Below are positions 38,766 through 47,031 of a stretch of DNA of 55,680 nucleotides, piece after piece. Within the stretch, counting starts at the first letter, position 1. Each line of letters opens with the position of its first letter. The notes beneath the pieces were generated by a model that made no database searches, was not told where the DNA came from, and saw nothing but the letters and a program-made list of their open reading frames with translations. Origin of the DNA: a virus (taxonomy: Duplodnaviria; Caudoviricetes); the IMG/VR virus record IMGVR_UViG_3300006483_000020, positions 1-55,680 of that record. One strand, given 5' to 3'. The position numbers were made by a program, and so were the translations under genes.

Positions 38766-39560
38766 ATGTATAAACAACTATTACAAAACAATCCGCAGGA
38801 CGAGCCAACAGTGCCGGAACAACCTGTACGTGGCCGAAGCGCAATGCTTAACCGGTGGAGGGAATCAAATCCCGACTTTGAAGGAGATCCGGAGGATGAT
38901 GATCTTTACGATTACGCATTAAGCCAGTCTGACGAGTACAAAAGTAAGTACGACAAGCAAAATGAGGTCAATTCTGCCCTTGCCGGTAGAATCTCCGAAG
39001 ATCCCAGGTTAGGTGCGCTTATAGCCGGAATAATGGAAACGGACGAATCCGGGAAACGGAGAAATCCCGCTTATGTGATTGCCAAGCTTTACGGAAAAGA
39101 CTTCATGGAAGATGAAGAATCGATGTCTGCTCTTGAAGATGGATATGCAGAATACCTGGAAGGAGTGAAAAGAACAGAAGCTGATGGAAAGAAAGCCCAG
39201 GAGAATTTCCTTGAATCCATGAAACGAGTTGACACATACGCCCAGGCTAACGGTTTATCCGAAGAAAGTGTAGAGGAATTGAGGTATGCACTTGTTCAGG
39301 CAGCAGATGATATGATAAGCGGTAATTTCTCCGACACCTTCATTGAAACGGTAGCAAAGGGCCTTTCTCACGATGCAGACGTGCAGGAAGCAGCCGACAC
39401 CGGATATGTGGAAGGGAAGAATGAGAAAATATCCATGAAGTTCGGTAAAAACGAAGCGGATATGCCCGCAATGGGAACGGCAACAAAGAGCCCAAGGGAA
39501 GTAAAGAAGAAAGAGCCGGAAAGAAAATCATTCTTTGATGATATGAAACCAGTTGATTAA
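38766..39560 (+). CDS. Putative capsid scaffolding protein
   Basis: Acidic helical 264-aa protein immediately upstream of the capsid gene. Confidence 0.65.
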   Translation: MYKQLLQNNPQDEPTVPEQPVRGRSAMLNRWRESNPDFEGDPEDDDLYDYALSQSDEYKSKYDKQNEVNSALAGRISEDPRLGALIAGIMETDESGKRRNPAYVIAKLYGKDFMEDEESMSALEDGYAEYLEGVKRTEADGKKAQENFLESMKRVDTYAQANGLSEESVEELRYALVQAADDMISGNFSDTFIETVAKGLSHDADVQEAADTGYVEGKNEKISMKFGKNEADMPAMGTATKSPREVKKKEPERKSFFDDMKPVD

Positions 39561-39582
39561 TAACATAATTTTTTGAATAGAG

Positions 39583-41220
39583 ATGAAGAAGTTTTTTAAC
39601 AAAATCGAAGGAAGCGGACTGTTTATGTTCCTGCTTGTAGCGTTACTTGCCGTATTCGGTATTGCAGACGCTGGTGTTGTGACAGCCGATGTGGTTAACC
39701 CTGCCGGCGGTGGTGCGGTTGAAGTAGGAGCAGGCAGTGATGTCTCTCGTACCATGAGTGATGAGGAATCTGTTAATCTTATCTTAGACCAGATTGATAA
39801 AAAGGTAACCAAGATCAGGCCCTATGATGTGGTTCTTGACACGATTGCCAGGAATATTAAAGACGTAAAAAATAGTTCAGGACAGGTTGTAAGACATTAT
39901 GCCATTGACACCATCGACACTACGGCTACCGTTACGACTGCCGTTTCAGCCGGTGACACCCAGGTTGAACTTAAAACTTCAAACAAAGACATCTTTGCTT
40001 CCGAGCAAACGATCAATGTTAACGGAATCCCCGGTTATCTTGCCGATGGTGTTACCCAGGATCCGGACAATGATTTGCAGTTGTATGTTGTAGGTAAATC
40101 GGCTTCCGGTAATCCTCTTGTTGTTACTTATAACGGATCGGGATCAGGAAATGCGACTATTCCCGCCATTGCAATTGACACCGTTTTAACTCGTTTTGGA
40201 CGTGCAGCAGCAGAAAGCCAAATTTCAACCGATGCTTATAGTGGTGTACCTACTGACTTTGAACAATTCTTGCAGAAGTTCATTGCCCAGGTTGAAGTAA
40301 CCGATATTTTCAAAAAGGCAGACAAGGAAGTGGAATGGAACTTTAGCGATGCTGAAGAAGAAGCCATTTTCGACATGAAGCGTACACAGAATTTCTCATT
40401 ATGGAAAGGTGTTAAAGGTCGCAAGAAAGTCAAAAACGCCCATACCACAAAAGCGGAAGATGTATTTTGGACCGGTGGTATATGGAATCAGGCAGGCAAG
40501 GATTTCAGTTTTGACGGAGTAATTACCGCCCAAAAAATGACCGATCTGATGCGCACTGCATTTACCGGTACTAATTCGGGCAAACGTAAACTGTTCATCG
40601 TTGGTAGCGGGCTGCTTACCAGTCTTGAAAATCTTTACTTGCAAGGTGCAAGCGGAGGATATACGGCCAACGTATCGGTAGGGGAGCGCAAAGCTGCTTA
40701 CGGTATCGAGTTTACGGAATATATCAGCAAGTTTGGCGTACTGCTCGTTACTCACGATCAATCGCTTGATGATTTGGGTATGAACAATAGCGGATTTATC
40801 CTGGATCCTGATTTCTTGAGAAAATGGACCATGGGATGGAGGGTTACCAACTTTGATTTGAGAAAATCGGCACAATCCGATAGTGATGCACGTGGATTGA
40901 TGGAGATCTGCGGACTTGTCTTGAAGAATCCGAAAGCTCACGTTAGAGTTGAGAAAGGTATTGTTCCTGTTCCGGTTACTGCCGTTGCCTTGAACAAATC
41001 AACCACATCCATAGCTGTTGGTGCAACAGAAACACTTGTTGCAACTATCACTCCTTCCAACGCAACCAATAAGACAGTAGTTTGGTCGTCCGCTACACCT
41101 GCCGTTGCTACCGTTGATGCAACTGGTAAAGTAACAGGTGTTTCTGCCGGAAGTGCCGTAATTACTGTAACTACTGACGATGGAGGTGAAACTGATACTT
41201 GTACCGTAACCGTAGCTTGA
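39583..41220 (+). CDS. Major capsid protein with N-terminal hydrophobic segment and C-terminal Ig-like (Big_2) domain
   Basis: Position and size. Central QFLQKFIAQVEVT...EEAIFDMKR...TGGIW is an HK97-fold-like pattern. C-terminal VPVTAVALNK...ATITPSNATNKTVVWSS is Big_2. Confidence 0.75.
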   Translation: MKKFFNKIEGSGLFMFLLVALLAVFGIADAGVVTADVVNPAGGGAVEVGAGSDVSRTMSDEESVNLILDQIDKKVTKIRPYDVVLDTIARNIKDVKNSSGQVVRHYAIDTIDTTATVTTAVSAGDTQVELKTSNKDIFASEQTINVNGIPGYLADGVTQDPDNDLQLYVVGKSASGNPLVVTYNGSGSGNATIPAIAIDTVLTRFGRAAAESQISTDAYSGVPTDFEQFLQKFIAQVEVTDIFKKADKEVEWNFSDAEEEAIFDMKRTQNFSLWKGVKGRKKVKNAHTTKAEDVFWTGGIWNQAGKDFSFDGVITAQKMTDLMRTAFTGTNSGKRKLFIVGSGLLTSLENLYLQGASGGYTANVSVGERKAAYGIEFTEYISKFGVLLVTHDQSLDDLGMNNSGFILDPDFLRKWTMGWRVTNFDLRKSAQSDSDARGLMEICGLVLKNPKAHVRVEKGIVPVPVTAVALNKSTTSIAVGATETLVATITPSNATNKTVVWSSATPAVATVDATGKVTGVSAGSAVITVTTDDGGETDTCTVTVA

Positions 41221-41221
41221 T

Positions 41222-41623
41222 ATGAGGTCATATAAGAAATACAAATCAACATCTGGCATAGAATATAATTTCTATGTCAGAGTTGACGGTAAAGATCATT
41301 TTGTTTCGCTTAACGGACCGGGAACGATGCTTATTGTCGATGATCCAAAGGTAGCTAACGCTATCGAGAGAAGTAGGCAATTTACAAGCGGAAAGATCGC
41401 CCTTGTGTCGGTTGTAGGAAATATGGAAGCACCATCCCCCACCCCTGTAAAAGAAGTGAAACCAGTGGCAGCGGATCATTCTTATCCAGAAGTGAAGAAT
41501 ATGGGCGATGCCGTAGAGGTGTTAATCTCCAAATACGGTGTAAAGGAATCGGATATTGCGAGGAAGGCACAGGTTTTGGCTAAGGCTGATGAACTTGGCG
41601 TTATCTTCCCTAATTACAAGTAG
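41222..41623 (+). CDS. Hypothetical protein
   Basis: 133 aa, directly after the capsid gene. Confidence 0.7.
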   Translation: MRSYKKYKSTSGIEYNFYVRVDGKDHFVSLNGPGTMLIVDDPKVANAIERSRQFTSGKIALVSVVGNMEAPSPTPVKEVKPVAADHSYPEVKNMGDAVEVLISKYGVKESDIARKAQVLAKADELGVIFPNYK

Positions 41624-41651
41624 TTTTCTTTTCTTAATATACTTTTTAAAT

Positions 41652-41693
41652 AAAAGGCTGTTGGTGGTCAGTAATGCTGCTGACAGCCTTTTT
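41652..41693 (+). terminator. Intrinsic terminator after the capsid operon
   Basis: AAAAGGCTGTTGGTGG...CTGCTGACAGCCTTTTT hairpin. Confidence 0.75.
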
Positions 41694-41709
41694 ACATAAA
41701 ACAATAGCA

Positions 41710-42378
41710 ATGACAAAGCAAGAGTTTATAGCACATGTCCTGGAGGTACTAAATGAAGCTGATCACAGTATAGGAACGCAAATGATGATAGGATCCGATT
41801 TGTCAAAGGTTAGCGTGTATGTGGAAGATCTGTACCCTGATGCGTGGAGAAGGGCATTAAAACTGCTTCCTTTGTCATGGTTTGAAACAAAATCTTTTGC
41901 ATCATCCACAAAAGTAGTGGATGCTCCGGACGGAACAGGTTTTGTTGTTCTCCCGGATGATTTTCTTTTGTTATCGAGTTTTAAAATGAGAGGGTGGAAA
42001 AAACCATGTCTTACAGCAGAGGAAGAAACGCCTGTCATAAATTCGATACAAGCCAATGAATACACAAGAGGAACGCCTAGAAGACCTGTATGTGTATTGA
42101 GATTTACAATCATCACAGAGAGGGATGGAGACGTTTTTACGGATGTTCATAAAAAAGCATTATACTATTACTCGCTTCCCAAAACGGCAGATGCAAGCAC
42201 TCATTATATCGAGCAAGCCCTGTATATCCCCAACGTAAAAGTTATGCCGGAAAATTTTGAATTTAACGAAAATCTTATCGAGCCGTTAACTTACCTGTGC
42301 GCAAGTACGGTTCTTACTTCATTTGAAAAAAATGATGCAGCAAAAAGCCTTGACAACAAAGTAATTGAAATGATTTAA
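41710..42378 (+). CDS. Putative head-tail adaptor
   Basis: MTKQEFIAHVLEVLNE...VVLPDDFLLL...EPLTYLCAS adaptor-like pattern. Confidence 0.55.
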   Translation: MTKQEFIAHVLEVLNEADHSIGTQMMIGSDLSKVSVYVEDLYPDAWRRALKLLPLSWFETKSFASSTKVVDAPDGTGFVVLPDDFLLLSSFKMRGWKKPCLTAEEETPVINSIQANEYTRGTPRRPVCVLRFTIITERDGDVFTDVHKKALYYYSLPKTADASTHYIEQALYIPNVKVMPENFEFNENLIEPLTYLCASTVLTSFEKNDAAKSLDNKVIEMI

Positions 42379-42379
42379 C

Positions 42380-43156
42380 ATGGAAGAAACTATTATCATA
42401 TCAGACCTGAACAAGATACCCATATTGAAGTATCTGAAGGAGCCGGCCAAAGATCTCCCGGAAGTGTATCAACGCTATCCGAACGGAGGTGAATATGGGT
42501 GGTTTTTGTGGGTTAACGATGAGCGTGCAATGTTTTATTGGGATACGGACGTTGAAAGATGGAAAATACTTACACCCACCAACGCAAAACACTTTGTTGA
42601 AACTCCGGAACTAATGGAGGATGGCGATTCATTGATTTACGACATAAATACCGGTGGATTTAAAGTGTTTTCATTACGAAAGGCCCTTAGCTTGTCTATC
42701 CGAAAAACATATGACACAAAAGCTGAAATGGAAGCTGATCTAAATCCTTTTGATGATAGTACGCTTCTTCCGCTTGAATACGGCCAGGTTGTCGCAGTGA
42801 GAAATGATCCGATGGACGTGAATAATGGAGTTTACCGTTACACTGATCCTGGATGGGACTTTGTGTTTAGTTATGGGGAAAGCCTGATCTACATAAAAGA
42901 GAATTTTTCCTCTCTCAAGATTGCACGTATTTACGATTCTCTCGCAATCATGCAAGCAGACTTAACTCCAACCAACGTAAATACCGGGGATCCCTTACTG
43001 AAAGGTGAACTTGTCTCTATATCTAATCCAATGGATGAAGCGGATCCTGACAACGGAAAAGTTTACGCATGGAATACAACAGGATGGTCCTACATGGGAA
43101 CGCTTAACAATTTGATAGCAATGGAATTTACCAATAACTATTTTGATACATTATAA
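42380..43156 (+). CDS. Putative tail fibre base/adaptor with two internal repeats
   Basis: Repeats LSIRKTYDTKAEMEAD...GQVV...NNGVYRY...GW and LKIARIYDSLAIMQAD...GELV...DNGKVYAW...GW. Confidence 0.55.
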   Translation: MEETIIISDLNKIPILKYLKEPAKDLPEVYQRYPNGGEYGWFLWVNDERAMFYWDTDVERWKILTPTNAKHFVETPELMEDGDSLIYDINTGGFKVFSLRKALSLSIRKTYDTKAEMEADLNPFDDSTLLPLEYGQVVAVRNDPMDVNNGVYRYTDPGWDFVFSYGESLIYIKENFSSLKIARIYDSLAIMQADLTPTNVNTGDPLLKGELVSISNPMDEADPDNGKVYAWNTTGWSYMGTLNNLIAMEFTNNYFDTL

Positions 43157-43158
43157 CT

Positions 43159-44859
43159 ATGTCAGTAATAAGATTAATAGATAGCTACACAAGAGAAAAC
43201 GTAACATACGAAGAAACATATGTATGGCACGATGGAACACAGATGGATGATTCAAAAGTGGATAATGTTATTTATAGAAAAAAGGGCGGTAAATATTATG
43301 TCGATTGTGGATTTCAATCGGGAAGCCCAATCAATATTAAAAGATTTGGAGTAATTGGCAATGGTGTATTAGATGATACTATTGCTCTAAATAAAGCCTT
43401 ATCTAATCCGTTTAAGATCGCCATATTATTCCCATCTGGGTGTGTCGCATATACTACGTCCCAAGTATCAATATCATCGAATAAAAGATTATATGGTGGT
43501 GGAGAAATTACAACTGGAAACAACAATATACATCACGCATTGGTGCTTAGCAATGCTAATAATGTCATAGTAGAAGACATTAAAATATCAGCGAAAAATG
43601 GTGAAAATGGATTTGACGGAGCAATAGTAATAAAAAATACCTGTGAAAATATAACTATCAGAAAATGTGTTATTGATAACATTGGCTTATTTAAGTCTCA
43701 ATCAGACATATTAGGCACGCCGGCAGGTCATGGTATATGGACTATGGACGGTGGAACGTTTGAATTAGCCAATAAAAATATTACTATTGAAAACAACGAA
43801 ATAACCAACATAAAGGGTGATGGCAACACACGTGGAGATTTTATATCAGCTATTGGGTGTGATGGGCTAAGAATACTTAACAACTCCATGGATACATGCC
43901 AACGCCAAGGAATTGCCATTGAAAACAGAGTTAAAAACTTCTTGATAGATGGGAATACTATCAAGAACCCTGGTTCTTGCGGAATAGATATAGAAGGATT
44001 TGGATCGGATTTGAATACAAGACACATACGTGAAGGAATCATAACAAAAAATAGAATTGAAAATTATGGAATGAGGCTTCCAGAAACAATAGGAGGGCAA
44101 GATTATGCCGTTGATTTTCATGATTACGTTGAGAAAATAACCTTCTCCAATAATATTTGTATTTCGGGAAGTAAAGGTAAATCACACGTATATGCAATAA
44201 ATTCAGCTCAATATTTAACTATTTCTGATAATAAATTCATTGGTTCAGTTTCAGGACCAGCATGTCTTATGTATAGTGGTTCATCTTCAGATTATTGGAA
44301 AATAAGCAACAATGAATTTATAGGATTAACAGGTTCCTGCTTACAGACATATAAAGGGATAGGATGTGAATTTTCAAACAACAAATGTTATTCAACATCA
44401 GGCACAGGTGCTCTTATAAATAATCCAATAGGAATAAGAATTTTCGATAATTTATTTAAAGGATTCTCAAGAGGCGTTTTTATTAACACTACAGAAGCTA
44501 ATACATATTTTGTGATTAACAATAATTACATTGAATGTATAGATATAGGCGTTGAGCTAAAAGCATTATCATTTAATATAAACTATTCAGAGCTAACAAA
44601 TAATTATTTGAAAGGGAATAGTACAGCTGGGAGTGTAGCTATAAAAATAACAAAAGAATTTGCTTCTATTGTGTTAAAAATATTTAATAACAACTTATAT
44701 GGATACACCTCTACCATAAGTGGCTCAATTGATGTGACTACTCCATACAGTAATACGGTAGTCAGTACCGGAAGTATCTCGTCTCCATATCAGGGTATGG
44801 TAGCGTATTTTTTAAATACTAACAAGGTTATGCAATACAATAACTCCGCATGGGTTTAA
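43159..44859 (+). CDS. Tailspike / beta-helix depolymerase (pectate lyase-like)
   Basis: INIKRFGVIGNGVLDDTIALNKAL...ILFPSG motif followed by many parallel beta-helix repeats (ITIENNEI, LRILNNSM). Confidence 0.85.
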   Translation: MSVIRLIDSYTRENVTYEETYVWHDGTQMDDSKVDNVIYRKKGGKYYVDCGFQSGSPINIKRFGVIGNGVLDDTIALNKALSNPFKIAILFPSGCVAYTTSQVSISSNKRLYGGGEITTGNNNIHHALVLSNANNVIVEDIKISAKNGENGFDGAIVIKNTCENITIRKCVIDNIGLFKSQSDILGTPAGHGIWTMDGGTFELANKNITIENNEITNIKGDGNTRGDFISAIGCDGLRILNNSMDTCQRQGIAIENRVKNFLIDGNTIKNPGSCGIDIEGFGSDLNTRHIREGIITKNRIENYGMRLPETIGGQDYAVDFHDYVEKITFSNNICISGSKGKSHVYAINSAQYLTISDNKFIGSVSGPACLMYSGSSSDYWKISNNEFIGLTGSCLQTYKGIGCEFSNNKCYSTSGTGALINNPIGIRIFDNLFKGFSRGVFINTTEANTYFVINNNYIECIDIGVELKALSFNINYSELTNNYLKGNSTAGSVAIKITKEFASIVLKIFNNNLYGYTSTISGSIDVTTPYSNTVVSTGSISSPYQGMVAYFLNTNKVMQYNNSAWV

Positions 44860-44874
44860 ATATTTTACTTCATC

Positions 44875-45069
44875 ATGACTTTGTACGTACACTTCACAAG
44901 TTTATCCTGTTTCGACAAACTATACAGAGAAAGAATTGAACTTCAGGATATTATTGATAGATCAACTGGAATAAAATGGATGATCAAAAAAGGGGCAGAC
45001 ATTGAATTTATTGAGAAAACACTAAAGGATGAAAATATTAAATATGATATAGCGAATGGAAAAGGATAG
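44875..45069 (+). CDS. Hypothetical protein
   Basis: 64-aa ORF overlapping the next gene. Confidence 0.55.
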   Translation: MTLYVHFTSLSCFDKLYRERIELQDIIDRSTGIKWMIKKGADIEFIEKTLKDENIKYDIANGKG

Positions 45070-45649
45070 CACATATGTAGTACAGGCAGAGAGAATAACA
45101 ACTTCTGACACTATTTACTATCAGATCAATCGTAAAGATTTAAAGACCTTGTACGAACAGGCTTTCGGGGATATGATCAATGAAAAATCAGCAAAAGATC
45201 ACGTTACCCTGACCGTTACATATGCGCCCCTGGTCTTGATATTTACCCTGTTAATAACGTTGGTTAATTTAAGGTGGAACAAAGCATACCACAGGATAAA
45301 GGATAAAGAACAAGTTGCAGATCTTAGCGAGGAAGACAAGGAAGCTATTAAAAAACTGGATCTCCAATACTACAACATACCTGGCAGGATATTCTTCTAC
45401 CTTGTCGTATGGAGTGTATCAGCAATATTCGATACCCTATTTGTATTGAATGATATTTTCGATGTTCCATGGGCTGCAATAATGGCTTCAATATTCACAA
45501 TAACAAAAGTCATTACAAGGCTTGTTGGAGGGAGCACACTGATGGGGATCAATGACAATGATCTTATGGAGAATTATTCGGAGTACATACGAAAGATGCT
45601 TGTTGACAGCATCGCAGACAAAATCAAAAACATAATTAAAGAGAAATAA
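45056..45649 (+). CDS. Putative holin
   Basis: About three TM segments, charged C-terminus, upstream of the endolysin. Confidence 0.55.
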   Translation: MEKDSTYVVQAERITTSDTIYYQINRKDLKTLYEQAFGDMINEKSAKDHVTLTVTYAPLVLIFTLLITLVNLRWNKAYHRIKDKEQVADLSEEDKEAIKKLDLQYYNIPGRIFFYLVVWSVSAIFDTLFVLNDIFDVPWAAIMASIFTITKVITRLVGGSTLMGINDNDLMENYSEYIRKMLVDSIADKIKNIIKEK

Positions 45650-45650
45650 T

Positions 45651-45887
45651 ATGAGAAGGAGTTTACTTTTAATTGGATTATTATTAATACTTAGTTGCGG
45701 AATGCTAACGACCAGCCAATCAACTATACGTAATAAATACACTGTTCCAGGTTCATTTATTTCACCAGGATTAAGCTATATCCCTGAATGCGTAAATAAA
45801 CAGGACGAGTGTTACCCTATCGAGGTAATACAGATTGTTGATGAAAAAGGTGAGATTGTCGCAGTAAAAGTAATAAGCAAGAAATGA
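45651..45887 (+). CDS. Small lipoprotein in the lysis cassette
   Basis: MRRSLLLIGLLLILSC lipobox. Confidence 0.6.
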   Translation: MRRSLLLIGLLLILSCGMLTTSQSTIRNKYTVPGSFISPGLSYIPECVNKQDECYPIEVIQIVDEKGEIVAVKVISKK

Positions 45888-46459
45888 CGAAGTTGCAGCG
45901 ATTATCCATAAAGTACGAAGCTTGCCGGATAGGAGTAGAAGCGGAAGCCCTGGCTGCATTCATCGAGGTTGAGAGTGGCGGGAAAGGGTTCGATGATGCA
46001 ACCGGGAAGCTGATTCTCCAATTCGAGCCGGCCTGGTTTAAGAAAAAAGCCCCTTACGCCCCTTCCGGGAAGTGGAGCTTAAACGGTGTTGAAAGACAAA
46101 CAGCAGAATGGGTCGCTTTCAATGATGCTTATTCAAAGGATCCAATAGCTGCGATGGAGAGCACAAGCATAGGCTTAGGGCAGGTAATGGGTTTTAACTG
46201 GAAGCGTCTGGGTTACATATCGGTTGGTGAAATGTGGGACGATGCAAAAGAAGGAGAGGACCGACAGATCTTTCAGATGGCAGAGTTTATCCGGACAGAT
46301 GCTACACTCATGGGCGCATTGAAAAGGAAGGATTGGCATACGGTAGCAGTCAGATACAACGGATCGGGCTACATGAAGATAGCGGAAAAGTATGGCCGGG
46401 AGCCTTACAATATTTCAATGAGGAAGCATTATCTGAAATATATGAATCAGAAATTATGA
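45884..46459 (+). CDS. Endolysin, N-acetylmuramidase (DUF3380-type)
   Basis: AFIEVESGG...ILQFEPAWF...STSIGLGQVMGFNW...RYNGSGY. Confidence 0.9.
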   Translation: MTKLQRLSIKYEACRIGVEAEALAAFIEVESGGKGFDDATGKLILQFEPAWFKKKAPYAPSGKWSLNGVERQTAEWVAFNDAYSKDPIAAMESTSIGLGQVMGFNWKRLGYISVGEMWDDAKEGEDRQIFQMAEFIRTDATLMGALKRKDWHTVAVRYNGSGYMKIAEKYGREPYNISMRKHYLKYMNQKL

Positions 46460-47031
46460 AAGCAAACAAGAAAAATATTATTTGGGCAATTATCCTTACG
46501 TCTGTTCTGATCATTTTTCTTGCTACCGGATGCAAACCTAAACAGATCATTCAGGAAAGGACCATAACAAAGGTGGACAGCTCAGCAGTTATCTCTCTCA
46601 AGTCGGATCTTCAGAAAAAGACAACAGAAGTTGAAATGCTCAAGAGCGATTTAGAGCGCACAAGAGACGAGAACTCACGATTGCAGGAGGAAGTGTCGAA
46701 GCACGAAGTCGAGTACGACACAAGCGGGCCAGTGAATCCACAGACAGGAAAGCCACCGGTTAAGAAAGAGACAACCACAGTCAGCAAAAGCATGTTAGAA
46801 AGGACCGTAAAAGATTACGAAATTAAGATCGCGGAGTACAAAAAAGAGGCCGCGGCTCTCACAATAAGAAACAAAAACCTTGAATATGAGGTTAATCAGC
46901 TTCGTGATGAAAACAGAGAGTTAAAGGAAAAAATTGTTCCGACCACCGGTTTTAATTTCCGGTTATTCTTTTACGGTGTGGCCGCCGGAATAATTGCGGT
47001 CATAGCTATATTGTTGTTTATAAAAAAATAA
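46456..47031 (+). CDS. Putative unimolecular spanin
   Basis: N-terminal signal with lipobox LATGC, coiled-coil middle and C-terminal TM helix. Start moved from 46234. Confidence 0.7.
   Translation: MKANKKNIIWAIILTSVLIIFLATGCKPKQIIQERTITKVDSSAVISLKSDLQKKTTEVEMLKSDLERTRDENSRLQEEVSKHEVEYDTSGPVNPQTGKPPVKKETTTVSKSMLERTVKDYEIKIAEYKKEAAALTIRNKNLEYEVNQLRDENRELKEKIVPTTGFNFRLFFYGVAAGIIAVIAILLFIKK

Noticed and set aside
42380-44859. Diversity-generating retroelement targeting tail genes
   Set aside because: No reverse transcriptase ORF and no TR/VR repeat pair noticed.
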